Of a stretch of DNA of 64,000 nt, positions 12,090 through 25,598 are shown in pieces. Made by a program: the position numbers and the translations under genes. The stretch is from Octopus sinensis. Its lineage: Eukaryota. Numbering within the stretch: the first letter of the stretch is position 1; each line of letters begins with the position of its first letter. Location of the stretch: NCBI RefSeq assembly GCF_006345805.1, contig NC_043007.1:73408001-73472000 (forward strand), given 5' to 3'. A model generated the notes under the pieces. It saw only the letters and a program-made list of their open reading frames with translations, did no database searches and was not told where the DNA came from.

Positions 12090-12345
12090 ATATGTGGTTA
12101 AGAAACCTGTTTTAGAACAAAGTGGTTCTGAGTTTGATCCTACTGTGCAACAGTTTAGGTATCTTCTCCTGTAGGTTTCATCATCATTTAATATCTATGC
12201 TGGTAATGGTTGAATGGTTCAAGCTAGAGGACTGTACAAAACAACTATGTCTGCTTTGGCATGGGTTCTACCAATTGATGCCCTTCCTAACACTAACCAC
12301 TTTATAGAGTGTACTGGGTGCATTTTATGTGGCACCGGCCCTAGC
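12090..12345. mobile_element. Family B head fragment (+) followed by family C (-)
   Basis: gtggttaagaa..gagtttgatcc; gatgcccttcctaacactaacc. Confidence 0.55.
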
Positions 12346-13479
12346 GAAACCATCAAGTCACTTGCAAGACAAGACCATACAACTGAGAAGGGAGTAGTAA
12401 TAGAGTGGGTGATTTTACACCAGGCGAAAGCTTAAAGCATGATAGAGGAATTAAAACAAGTCTTGCAATCAAGGAGATACATTGCTACCCCAGTTTGAAA
12501 AAAAGATGGTGAAGATGTGTCAGGGTGAATTTGGAAGATAGAAACCGTGTAGAAGCCTTTCACACGTGTGTGTTTCTTTATAGTTTGCATGAAGCATTGT
12601 CTGATATAGAGGTTTTAAATTTTCTTTTAAAGCCAAAACAATACAAGTTATAAGAAATAAGTTGTAGGTTTGTACTTTTGTATTAATATATTTCAGGATT
12701 AGGACCCCTTCATGAAATCTTTGGGAAAATGTGAGCAGACTTCTCTGATCTAGTGTGTGTGTGTACATATATGACGGCTCTTCATGTGCAGGGTAGCATT
12801 GCCATAGTAGCCAATCAAATGCATGCAGCTTGGTTCTCTTAATGTGGGTTGGTCTTAAGATGGTTTCTTTTATTCTAAGAACCCAATGTTTCATTTTGTG
12901 GCTTCAATGAAAACTTGTATGTCTTGAGTGGGACATGAAGCAAATAATTTCAATCTTAACATCCAAACCTTACAAACAGTATTTGATGAGAAACAGAAAA
13001 TAACAAGCATCAGAAACAAAGGACGGTTATACACCCATACAATCACTATTGCTCTGCCAAATAGTCTGAAACACTATAATTTTTATAGCTTTATACTGTA
13101 GGTTTTGGTTCTTATGTTCACTCACCATTTTTAATAATTGAAAAAATCTCAAGTCAACTTATTGCAAATCTCTAAAAAGTGGTAGCCATCTGAGGTAAAT
13201 AAACTTCTGAAGTATTGAAGAATAAGAATATTCCTATTTTTCCATAATGATTTTGGTAGTTACAATCCTTTGTTATACAATTGCATAATAAAGAGAAAAC
13301 TGTCTGGTTTATGTATGAAATTTTCTTTACTGTTTTTATGGCTGGATACCCATCCTACAACTAATCATTTAGAGAATGCACTTTCTCATATCCTGACAAC
13401 GCTATAGAGTCTGTCACGACTGAAATCTACCCTCTCTCATATATCAGTTTTAATGAGTTTGTCTTCTAGGCAGGTTGGC

Positions 13480-13481
13480 TT

Positions 13482-13546
<65 letters not shown>

Positions 13547-13560
13547 ATCTATATCTATAC
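13480..13560. repeat. (CA)n(TA)n microsatellite
   Basis: Direct reading. Confidence 0.95.
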
Positions 13561-13869
13561 ATATTAAATTATGATCATAAATTACTTATACTATTGACAC
13601 CAATACATTTAATAGACAATTTTAGGGGGTGCAACTTAATGAACTGGTTTATACTTATGAACAAAATGAAAGGATTTTTCAAATGTGGTAATTCTTTATG
13701 AATGTCCCTAATGCACTTTAGCAAAAAGAAGCAATTATTCTGCCTTTGTTACTTTGATGCATTTTCATAGCCAAGATGCACTTTTTGCCCTCAACTCCTT
13801 ACCCACCAACTTCAAAGAATCATGAACTAGTGTCATGTACATACATACAATAGCTATATCTATACATAG

Positions 13870-14535
13870 TCATCATTTTAACATCCACTTTTCCATGCTT
13901 GTTTTGGTTGGATGAAGTTTATGAAAAGAAGCCCTTCCTGTCACTGACCCTTATATGTTTCTAAACAAGGTAATATTTCCCTATGGCCAGACATGTTTTT
14001 GCAGAAACTTGCAATAAATGCCATTCATTTACAACAAAAACACAATCCATTCTACTATAGGTACAAGGCCTAAAATTTCAGGGGAGGGGACTAATCAATT
14101 ACATCGACCCTAGTAATTGACTGGTACTTATTTTATTGAACCTGAAAGGATGAAAGGCAAAGTTGACATAGAAGAAATGCACACATACAGGGTAAATTTC
14201 TTTCAGTTTCCATCAACCAAATACGCTAACAAGGCTTTGGTTGCCCGGTGCTATAAAAGACATTTGCCTAAGGTGTTCAGCAGTGGGACTGGACCTGAAA
14301 TCATGTGGCTAGGGAGCAAACTTAATTACCATTGTGTGGTATAAGCAAACTTATATTACACAATGAGATTTTAAATATATATCTCGGAGTGGTTGGCGTT
14401 AGGAAGGGCATCCAGCTGTAGAAACACTGCCAGATCCGACTGGCCTGGTGCAGCCTTCGGGCTCCCCAGACCCCAGTTGAACCGTCCAACCCATGCTAGC
14501 ATGGAAAGCGGACGTTAAATGATGATGATGATGAT
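13870..14535. mobile_element. Nested SINE fragments: C(-) 13870-14035, A(-) 14050-14168, B(-) 14200-14345, C(+) 14385-14535
   Basis: Similarity to other copies in the window. Confidence 0.65.
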
Positions 14536-14565
14536 ATATATATATTATATATGCATGCATACATA

Positions 14566-16176
14566 CACACCCAGAACCATGCTAACAGCTTAGGAGCGAA
14601 ATTTAGGATTTCTTGTTTTTGTTTTAATCGATTTTGATAAAACTCTTTCTAGCTGGTTTGCACATTATGGCAACACCATTGCTATGTTTTCATTATTCTA
14701 TGTAACGTCCTTTTTATTTATTCCAGATTCTTCAGTTTTTGGGTGAATTACCCTAATAGCGTTTCTCCTCTCTAAGAACAATGGGGCATGGAAAAGGCCT
14801 TAATGATGAAAAGTCTGTCATCAAGCAAAAGTGATAAAAGCACCTCTCTTCATGTCATTGTGGAGAAGTTAAGTCACCATGTAGACAGGGTTACACAATT
14901 CCTGAAAGGCCCCTCACCAAGGAAGAAATGATCTGATTGTGACATCTATGGATTTAAGGAATATTGGCCACAAGTTATGTGGGAAACCTGGACAAGTAAG
15001 CAAAGCCATTTTCATCATCTCTGGACATCATGTATCAAAAAAACCCCACCAGAAATTGCATCCTTGGGACCATGGCTTCCGAGAAAGAACCCCTGGAACT
15101 GTCTACAACACCCCATCACAGAAGTTTAAGGCTTCAATGGGCCCAAAAGTACATGATGTTTGGGTCTATTTTGCAGATGAGTGTCACCAGCTTTTATATC
15201 AGCAACGGGGTAGAGGAGTCATGTGGGATTGTTATCATTAGCGACAAACTTGTTGGCCCACTCAGGGTGCCTGAAAGGGTTAAAGTGACCACAGTCGCCT
15301 ACTGCAATCTCCTGAAGGAGATCTTGGATTCCTGGCTAGATAACATACCGCTGTCACTTCTAAGTAATCTCCTATTCAAGCATGACAACGCTCCCTCCCA
15401 CTCCACTCAGCTAGGACCACCTAAACACTACTAGGCTCTTACAGCATACAAGGTGAAAGGTAGATGGTGTAGTCGCCAATAACTCCAGATCGCAACCCTA
15501 TCGAAAATCTTTGATCCATCATTAAGCAAGATGTTTATGCTGATGGATGCCAATTTACGTTAAAAGATGTCTTATAGGTGACTGTCAAAGCTGCAGCAAA
15601 GGCAGTCCAACCTGCTACTATTAAAAAATTGACAAATTCCATGACTAATAGGGTTTTTGAAGTTATCCATTGAAATGGCACTCATGTAGATATATAATTC
15701 ATTGTCAGTAAAGGTTATAACATGGTTATCTGTTAAATATATACTCAATATATGCTTAATATGTATCATTACCCTTTGCATCCTTTAAAATCATGCTTCC
15801 TGAAATTTGCCAACACTACACCTAATATCCCACCTCCACACATGCCAATCATGACTCATACACTGTTCACTTTCCTGACTTTTGTACCTAATTCTATGTA
15901 CTGTATATGCACCTTTAATGAGTTGCGGTGCGCCTGAGCACTATACACAATTTCATTATTATTATAAGCTATTTTCATTCAAAAACTATTCATGTGGTTC
16001 ACCCAAAAACTGAAGAATCTGAAATATAAAAAAAAAGGACGTTACACAGAATAATGAAAACGTAATGGTGTTGCCATAGTGTGCAAACCAGCTGGGAAAT
16101 GTTTTATTAAAATTGATTCACAGAAAACTGAGAAATCCTGAATTTCACTCCTAAGCTATTAGCATGTTTCTGGATA
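14566..16176 (+). mobile_element. Defective Tc1-like DNA transposon with ~180-bp terminal inverted repeats
   Basis: 14570-14748 is the reverse complement of ~15995-16175. Transposase remnants: WAQKYM, VYFADEC, HDNAPSH, SPDRNPIENL*SIIKQ (DD34E family), frameshifted. Confidence 0.85.
15775..15965 (+). mobile_element. L2/CR1-like LINE 3' fragment inserted inside the Tc1 element
   Basis: Same family as 2028-2265; ends gcctgagcactatacacaatttcattattatta. Confidence 0.6.
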
Positions 16177-17405
16177 GACACACACACACACACACACATG
16201 AAAACCAACAATTTCGTGAATATGAACAATTAATTTACCTGATTTGTTTCCCCCCCCACCCTAGTTGACAGACTTAAAAAGAAAATGTAAAGATAAAATT
16301 TAAAAACATTTTATTTTGTATACATATAAAGACATTTGAGGTGTTTAAAAAAAAAATTAAAATATAGGGCAAGAGAGAGAATGAGTTAGTGTGTGTGTGT
16401 ATGTGTGTGTGTGTGTTAAGGATGGTATGGTGTACATACCAATTACAAAACAATTGCTTAATTAGCATAGGGAAATGAGAAAGTCTAATTTAAAAAAAAA
16501 ATTTTTTTTACAATGTTGAATTTTTAGAGGAATTGGTGCATATGCTGAAAAGTGAACAATATTATAGTGATAATAGTCATTATCTAAAAACTGTTTTTTT
16601 AATTTTTATTAAGTACTGCATATTTCCAACCAATCCATCAAGAATTTAATCTTCTGGCAGGAATAAATCAGTTTTTAGTAATCCTAAAATGTAATAATGG
16701 ATTAGTGGACGTTAACAAAAATGACAATTCACTTGAAAGACTTTAGGTCAGAAGCTTATAAAAAAATAACGGACAGTAATTAAAAGAAAATTTATGTCCA
16801 GAAATGATAGGTTGAATTAGAAATTATTTTAGTGGATATTAAATAGAAAGGCAAAAGCAGATATTGTCAGAGAGGCTGTACAATTTGAACAACCATTTTG
16901 AGAGCCTCACAACAGTACATGGGGTGGAGAAAGTATTAAAGAGTAGTCAATGATTAAATAGTATTCATGAAATACTTTGTGTGTGTGTATAATATATATA
17001 CATATATATACACATACACACACACAAACAATCATTGAAACACTGTCCAACGAAACTTAAACATTATCCATGTACCTTTCTGCGAGTATGATACTCAGGG
17101 TTTTAAAAAATTATGTTTGTATGCGTGTATGTGTATGTGTGCATATATGCATAAATAATTCAAAGGAGACTAGCTAAGTGTCACAGCATATATATTTTCC
17201 ATTTTTATCCCTTTAATTATTACATTTTTTTTAAATATTTTATTTTTTTCAAAATATTCTGAAACAAGACTTTTTGATTCTTTATTTTACGCTGTCCAAG
17301 GAAATCTTCCTAGAAAGTATGGCAATTACTTAGATTAATCATACTACATCCCAGAATTCGTTTTACCATTATTTTAGAATACCATGCCCTGAGTTTATTC
17401 GGTTT

Positions 17406-17408
17406 GAT

Positions 17409-17440
<32 letters not shown>

Positions 17441-17445
17441 CATAC
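17406..17445. repeat. (TA)n microsatellite
   Basis: Direct reading. Confidence 0.9.
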
Positions 17446-20400
17446 ACAAGGTTTGTAGGTTCCACTAGTTCAGAGAAACACTCTGGAAAGTTTATAAAGC
17501 AAAATACTCATAATGAGCAGTGTGTTACGTTAATTATTTTGAACATGTTTTCTTTGAGTAGAGATGAACCTGTGGTTGGCATCACACAATTTATTGAAAA
17601 TCTTCAAACACCAATATAAGTTAAATTCTTTCAGAGAAATAATGATATATTATTGTTCGTCTGGAAGTGTATATAATTTTGTCCTTTACAGTTGTATAAT
17701 TTACAAGATTCTTTTGTTAACATGATTTCTTTGTTTCATAGTCACAGAATCTAAATGATTTACTATTATCAAATATAGCATTTGTTCCAGTATTCACTGT
17801 TATGACTTTTGATTCTCAATAGTTATACAATCCAGTCAACCTTCAAAATATTCAGCAACTGGTAGGGGTTGCTTTGTAATTCATAACAGCCCAATAGTAA
17901 TGTAGATAACATCTTAGGTAGGTAATGATGGTAATATACACACACATGTATCTGGGGTGTTTCACTGATGCTTGGTTGAGAAACTGCAGTAAAAGCAACA
18001 CAGTTGCTATAAGGACCGAGATTAAAAGAAAAACTGAAAGAGAGAAATCAAAGAAAAATGTTAATATTTTACAAAAATATTTGCAACTGGAAAATAAACT
18101 AAGATATTTGATAAAAATTAATAATAGCATTGTTACAGTGTTCAATATATTAATACACAAACATACAATTTACTATTCTGTTTAATCTCTACTATATTCA
18201 AATCAAATCTTTCGGATTTTAAATCATGTACATAGAAAACATCAAAATGCCTGTTACTAAAATAGGTTAGCATTAGGGGTGTTTTATTATACACTACTGT
18301 AGAATATTTGAATTTATCCCTTAAAATTTTAGGTTAGAATATTTTTAACTATGTTTATACATTCAAATAGGTATGATATAAAATAATCCAGTCCCCCAAA
18401 ATATGTCATGTCTCCACATCCTTAGTCCAAATTCAGCCAAGATGAAGTTTTTTTTTTTTTATTCTCCATGCTTATTGAAACAAAATCAAACAAAAACCTA
18501 ATTCAGTTTATTTCATTACATAAAGTAAGACCAACCTTTGTCAATATAATTCATACATTTGTTACTTTTGACTGACATAAAATATGAGAATTTATTCCAA
18601 TCACTCAAGTAGAAGAGGAGCAATTTCTTGAGATAGCCAAAAATGATGAATTTATTACTGTAAAGGATTGGTATCAGACAGTAGTATAGTAAGGGTTTTG
18701 GCCACCTGCTTTCTTAAACCTAACATACCTTCAATTACATTTAATAAGTGACTGCCCTGTGTAGTCTGCATGCCCCATGCTACACTAGAGCTATCATATC
18801 AAAGACAATGACTCAATAGCAGGTAATCACATGAATAAAAATAGCTCATGACAGAGTGTCACTGAGTTAATCTAATTCGTGCTGAGATGGTATTAGGATA
18901 AAATGATGGAAAAAATAGCAACAGTTTTTTGCACTGCTACAGGTAAAAATGGTTGATTGTATCACATATGAAGTACATGAGGTGAGATAAATGTAATGTT
19001 GTATAATGAGATAGGCTTTGGGAGAGAAAGAAGTCTCAAATAGGATTCAACGAAAATGTTAAATGGTAAATTGCCCGAAATGGGGAACATACATGATCGA
19101 AGAGAGGAATCTCAAATATTCACCAATATACACAAGAAGAGAAGATTGTTTCTAAGTATGTTCCTGTTATAAGGACTGAAAAATAATGGAGTAAAAAGTT
19201 ATATGTGTGCTGACAATGGAGGTATTCATGGCGATATGGTATGTTAGGCCTTTCCCTTCACTCAGAATGGAGATATTGAAATGACAAATCAAATATCAAG
19301 TTTTTCTACCACTATCTAGGAAATGGTCAACACAGAATTCTTCATAATTAGTTTTAAATATCTTCTGACAAAAATATGAAAATAAAATGAACTATGAAAA
19401 ACCAAATTTCAAAGGGAAACCTAATTTATTACACACTATTCTAATCAACATGTAATTTTAACACTTGTCTCTGAATAGAGACATTGGAAATATCCTGTAA
19501 TGGAGAAATAATAACCTAATCTTGAAGAACCTCTTTAAAATATTTATAATCGATAACCTTTCAGTTTTACTACATAGCCAAGCATAATCTTGATAAGCTG
19601 GATTTCCTCAACACATGCAATAAATAAATAAATACATTGGTGTTTAATGTTGACCTGATACAAGACAAAAAACTACATTGGTCTATTGATTATATAGACC
19701 TGCAATAACAAACTATGAAAAATTAAATTATTAGCAAAACCTCAAACACAGTTCATCCTCTTTGATCTCTGGCATTTGTCTAATAGCCTATGCTTCTCTC
19801 TCCTCACAAATTGCAACCAACCCAAAGCTGCTTTGAATGTTTCAACCTCATAAAAGCAGAACTTTGATATTTTGAGCAAAAACATTTTAAATTCAAAAGG
19901 CTAGTGAATGACAGCCAATCTTTCATATAGTTTATCAAGCAACACGTTTGTAAATGAAAATTATCAATATAACTGTGTGGCCCACACAAACCAGTGCAAC
20001 TAGGAGAGAACAGAAGATCTAATCCCAAATGAAACATTTCAATTTATCATCTCTATTACTTTCACCACTGTCCACCCTTTTCCTTTAGAGATCCATTCAC
20101 CTGGATTTCTCATTCCTACTCTACTCCATGTAGAAATTTAGTGAATGAGACTCATCATTTCTCATATTTATAGATTTTCAGTAGAATTTTAAAATGAAAA
20201 CTAAACACTGCTAACACAAAAGTAGGATGCAGTATTGATTATAAACCTTTAATACATTTAGTAGTATACTATGGTTGCAAAACAAAATACTGTATCCCTA
20301 CTAGCAATTAATATTTACGCAGCAGTTGCCAAGAATGTATTTAATACGTAAACTGGTCTATCCAACAGTGTTACACCGCTAAACTTAGTGGCTATTTAAT

Positions 20401-21208
20401 CAATGAATTTGTAGATAATTAAAGGGTTGGATGTGGTGCTGAAAAAGGAGCAAAAACTCCTGAAATATGCATATACACCCATTATTTTCTAACTTTGGTC
20501 ACATTGGTTACATAGACATATTCACATATGGAATGTAACTTTCACCACTGGCTTTAAATTCCATAAAAAAATATATGCTGAGATAAATTTAAAAATGAAA
20601 ACAATGCACTGCTAACACTAGTAGGACAGTATGAACTTATAAACCTTTAATATACATGGTAGTATATTATGGTTGTAAAACAAAATACAGTGTCCCTACC
20701 AGCAAATAACATTCCTCAAACTTGGGGGAAGGGTTTTAGAAAAAGCAATGGAAACTGCTCCTGCTGTGAATTATAGACAAATATACATTTACATATCATT
20801 GATAAATAATTAACCAAATGATAAAAAAAGTCTTTGATGGTTTAATGAAATAAGGAATGTTAAAATGTGCTGAAGTCTAAGTTATATCCAACCTCACCCA
20901 AACAACTGTCTGCACATAAATCACAGATACTCTCTATTGTAAAACAGATTGAGCAAAATGGAACTAATGTTGCAATGAATCCTGAAGGTTTTCAGGTCTT
21001 TAAAGAAATTAAAAAAAAAAAAAATTAATAGTAAATCTAATTAGTATGTCTTAAAACAACATCAGTTTTGAAACACTTTAATCCTAAAATGTAATCAATT
21101 TGTAGAAGGTGGAAGCAGGAAAGATTATAAGCTTGCTGTATAGTTTTCTAGAACAAAAGCAAGCAAGCTAATTTAAGATAAATGTTGGAAAACAGATCTA
21201 AGTATAGT

Positions 21209-21211
<3 letters not shown>

Positions 21212-21275
<64 letters not shown>
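21212..21275. repeat. (TA)n microsatellite
   Basis: Direct reading. Confidence 0.95.
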
Positions 21276-21276
<1 letters not shown>

Positions 21277-21584
21277 TGAAAACTAAGTCAGTTTGGAATG
21301 GAATTATATTCATCACTGATAGGATTGTAGTCTCAGTAGCTGATATATTGGATATTCACAAGAACATACCAAAACAGTAAAAACTTATGGACTAAGTCAT
21401 GAAATACGAGGAGAGTAACCAAAAATTTTAATGTGACACCATATGGCATGGAAGTTTCAACACAAAATATTCTGTGCCATTTGCCAAAGAGCTGCAGAAA
21501 ATGGACTTGAGAAAACGAATACATTTATCTTGTGGAACAGGTTTATGTTTAGCTTTGTGAAAGTTCTTTCAATATGATTAATAG

Positions 21585-21810
21585 GCACAGGCATAGCTGT
21601 GTGGTACAAAGTTTGCTTCCCATTCACATGGTTCTTTGTTCAGTCCCACTGCATAGCACCTTGGGCAGATGTTTTCTACTATAGCCTTGGGTCAACCACA
21701 CCCTTGAGTGGATTTGCTAGAAACTGAAAAAACCTGTGTGTGTGTGGTGGACACTCCTCATAACTTAGTGGTTAGGGAAGAGAGACTGATAGAATAAGTA
21801 CCAGGCTCAT
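21585..21810 (+). mobile_element. SINE family B (degenerate)
   Basis: gctgtgtggtacaaag..gttcagtcccactgcatagcaccttgggcag. Confidence 0.7.
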
Positions 21811-22589
21811 AAAAGATGATTTATATAACCTCTTAGAGAATGAGGTAACAAGAAACACTAATAAAGTATGAAGAACTATTGCCACTGACTGTCTTTTTAA
21901 CAGAAGCCAATTGGTCATAACAATGGAATGGAAAAAAGTGGACAAAACTACTAAGCCGTCTATTACTATGAAAAATGCAGATTATTTGATACATAGGAAT
22001 TATCATGGCATCTGAATTATGCAGTCCATTCATATGTTTAATGTATTAGGTGCAATGTTTAGTTAACATTTTAACAAGGAGTATATAGACTGCACTGATG
22101 ATTCATCAGTAGTTTAGCTAAAGTGATTATTTAGGAAATAACCAGTCCAGACAGTGCATGGATTAGTTAACTATAATAATGTACTGAGACATAACTAGTC
22201 AGGAATACCAGTTATTTAGTTCCCCAAATCAGCAATGATGATCCTTTTACATTAAGCAGTGTACATCACAACTACATTATTACTCAACATATCCTTTCAG
22301 ACAGTAGTAGAGTATAATTAGAGAGTGATTCAATTTATCAGCTGAGACACTTTTGTTGCTTCATTACACTAACAAGTTAACTTGGGTCAAACACTGAAGC
22401 AAATACATAAAAATATTTTATATAAAATTATGTTCTCACAACTAAATTGTGTCATTCTAAAAGTTTAACACTTGAAAGTCATAATTTCTGAAGTATTACT
22501 TTTTCAGAATAGAAAATATTTTAAAGAGGTAAAATATGCAACTATTGTAATGCTTGAGTGACAATGTATGAAATCCATAAAATCTGTAG

Positions 22590-22760
22590 ACATTATCATT
22601 TATTATCTATTTTCCATGCTGGAGAGCTGCACAAGGCTCTGTCTGTTTTGGCATGGTTTCTACAGCTGGATGCCCTTCCTAACACCAACCACTATACAGA
22701 GTTTACTGAGTGCCTTTTACGTGCGGCCAGCACTGCCTTTTATGTGGAACTACCACTGGT
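22590..22760 (-). mobile_element. SINE family C
   Basis: ctacagctggatgcccttcctaacaccaacc. Confidence 0.7.
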
Positions 22761-23655
22761 GCTTAAAGAGAAAATATATATTTTAAGAGAAATGTTACTC
22801 ATTTTTATTAGTCAATTTTTTTCAATTAAAGTGATTTATCAAAGATAATTGAAATTGTAGATTCATTCTGAAACTAAATTTTGGAAAACAGTCATTGTTA
22901 TTGAACACTCATATACATGACATATCACACATCCTAACCACACTAATCCAATTCCATTTTTCTTAATTCTTCTTGAAGCTGATTTGTATTTTATCATCCA
23001 TACATGCTAACATCAACCAACCAACCAATAGAACATGCCCACCTAATTTTTTTTCCAGCTTCAGCACATCTTCCACATTCAACTGTCCACAAGCAACAAA
23101 CAATTTTATTCTTCAGCTGCACAGAGAATTCCTTTCCTCACAACTGGATACTATGCTTTCAGAACTACAAACACTAATAATTAGGACCCTAAATAACAAA
23201 TGATTTCTAGGGACCTTGTGAGAATTTATTTCAAAGGTGCTCTTCTTACTAACAACTCCTATACAAAGCCTTTTTCAGTTTGTTAGCGCACAACACTACA
23301 CCGGGTGCACCCAAATAGAATTCTTTCAGTAACCAGCACATTTCTGTAGAGTACTCTTGAATTCTTTCCCACTAATTAAAAAGGATTTTCTTTCCTAGAT
23401 TTATTTAAACTCTTCCATGTTTGGAATTTGATCTTCAAGTCTTTAATATCTATCATAACAGCAGTCTTCAGACTTTACTGTCATGTATGGCCTGGAGAAC
23501 TATAATTCCTTACTGATCTCATTGCTAACTCCTACCTTAGTTGATGGAAACTCTATACAATAGCTTGCATACACTCACAAGCCATACCTCAACACCCAGT
23601 TTTCACAGTGACTGCTAGACTAGAGGGCAAGGTTTTCTCCAGATCAACAAATATT

Positions 23656-24352
23656 TCAACTTAATGTGACAGTCCCATGAAGGGAATCACACCACTGCTA
23701 TTTAGCCCTAGGAAGCAGCAACGCTTCCTGTCGGCCATGACACATTTCCTGTGTCCTTATGTTTGCAAGGGGGAGATAAGCACCTCCACCCAGCTAACCC
23801 TGCATCCAGAGACTAGTTTCTGAGTCTTTGCTTGTCATCAGTCTGGAGTAGCATGGCCTGCTAGTTGGAGATGCCTATCTAGCCTTTGCAAACACAAGAA
23901 TTCTAGTGAAAGACATTCACTGATTACAAAAATAGAAATAATACATTTCTAAATATCTCAGAGAGATTTATGCAGTAGTGGTACGATAAAGCAGTTGTAT
24001 ACTGTCAACTTAATGTGACAGTCCCATGAAGGGAATCATACTACTGCTATTTAGCCCAAGGAAGCAGCAACGCTTCCTGTCGGCCTTGACACATTTCCTG
24101 TGTCCTTATGTTTGCAGCAACTAGTCTCTGGATGCAGGCTTAGCTAGGTGGAGGTGCTTATCTCCCCCTTGCAAACATAAGGACACAGGAAACGTGTCAA
24201 GGCCAACAGGAAGCGTTGCTGCTTCCTAGAGCTAAATAGTAGTAGTATGATTCCCTTCATGAGACTGTCACATTAAGTTGACAATATACAACTAATTTAT
24301 CATACTACTACTGCATAAATCTGAGATATTTAGAAATTTATTATTTCTATTT
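23656..24352. mobile_element. ~349-bp unit in direct tandem plus an inverted copy; retrozyme / Penelope pseudo-LTR-like
   Basis: tcaacttaatgtgacagtcccatg at 23656 and 24005 (direct); inverted copy 24117-24352; hammerhead-like motif inside the unit. Confidence 0.65.
23805..23847 (-). ncRNA. Minimal type-I hammerhead ribozyme-like motif (stem II imperfect)
   Basis: Minus strand reads tccaga-CTGATGA-caagcaaagactca-GAAAC-ta-GTC-tctgga: 6-bp stem I, conserved core, palindromic ACTAGT stem III and GUC cleavage triplet. Stem II shows no clear pairing. Confidence 0.55.
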
Positions 24353-24934
24353 CTTTATCCTTATAGCAGTCATAGGGTACGTCTCTATACAACCTTTTTG
24401 GCAATGCAAGTGTCTAGGAAGTGTCCTACATCACTGAATAATTCAGTGACTATCCTGACTAGCTATTTCCCCTATCTAATACCTATGTAATTAGAGGTGG
24501 AAATTGTGAAAATATTTACAACTAAGTGACTTGCATCTTCACAGAAAATATAAAGAGGTGCTAGACTGTACTTGTCAGACCCATCATTAAAATACTCCAT
24601 TCATGACCATCCCACTTCAGAAACACTGTGTCAAGAACTGCATTAATTCGTTGTGTTAAAAATGGCAGTGAGATGTGGTTGCTTTTTCTAGCAAGACTAG
24701 CAACCATTTATTGGTTTGTGTAAATACTAGTGATTAAAATTAGTATAAACTTAATTTATAACAAATTAAATGAATGGAACTTCAGTTGGTTTCACTGAGG
24801 ATATTCCAATGATTTCATTAGTTGAAAGAATTATAATATATATGACTGAGTATTCCAAGACATGTATATCTTTAAATGTAATCCTCAGGCAGAATTAGTA
24901 TGCCAGTGTTTGACAAAATTGGTCCCATGAATTT

Positions 24935-25100
24935 CATACAAGACATCTGATAGGCTTTCAGAGTTTTCAATTTTCATTCACAAGGATTGAATAAGCTTGA
25001 GGTTATAGTAAAAAGACACTTGCCTAAGGTACCATGCAGTGGAATCAAACCCAGGACCTCAATATTGCAATGCCAACTCCTTTACCACTCAGCCATACCA
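24935..25100 (-). mobile_element. SINE family B fragment
   Basis: gacacttgcctaaggtaccatgcagtggaatcaaaccc. Confidence 0.6.
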
Positions 25101-25598
25101 GCATCCAAATATAAGGTTTATCCACTAATGGGAATGTTAGGTGAAAAAGGTAGGATTGAGTGATGGTCTTGTGAAAACTAACATTAAAAATGATGTTTAA
25201 TGCAGCTGATTTTAACTATAGTATTGTTAAATAGCAATAGATATAGATGTGAACAGGGCTTTTGGAATTAAAAAAAAAAAAAAAAGAGAAACCTTTTGCA
25301 ATTAATTGATCACTGAGACCAGGAACCACATCAATAAATCTGATAGAAATGGTGCACAGTTTATGAATAAAGTGAAACTCAAGTAGAATGCCACAACTAA
25401 CAGATTTTTGGAAAAAAACTTCAAGTTAAGGAGAATAAAACATTTGAGAATCTGTGGTCCCAGAGAACAAGTCAAGAAACCACAATTGTGCAAAATGTTT
25501 TAAGATATTTCAATTCACCTCTACTCAGTCATTCAAGTAAACGACCACACTAATTCTGCTATCTATGTGTGTATACAAAGACACACACACCTTTCCAC

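Noticed and set aside
23070-23530. Possible very old RTE-like RT fragment (also 37780-38060)
   Set aside because: Only faint motif resemblance (e.g. MEEFK) with many stops; not supportable without an HMM search.
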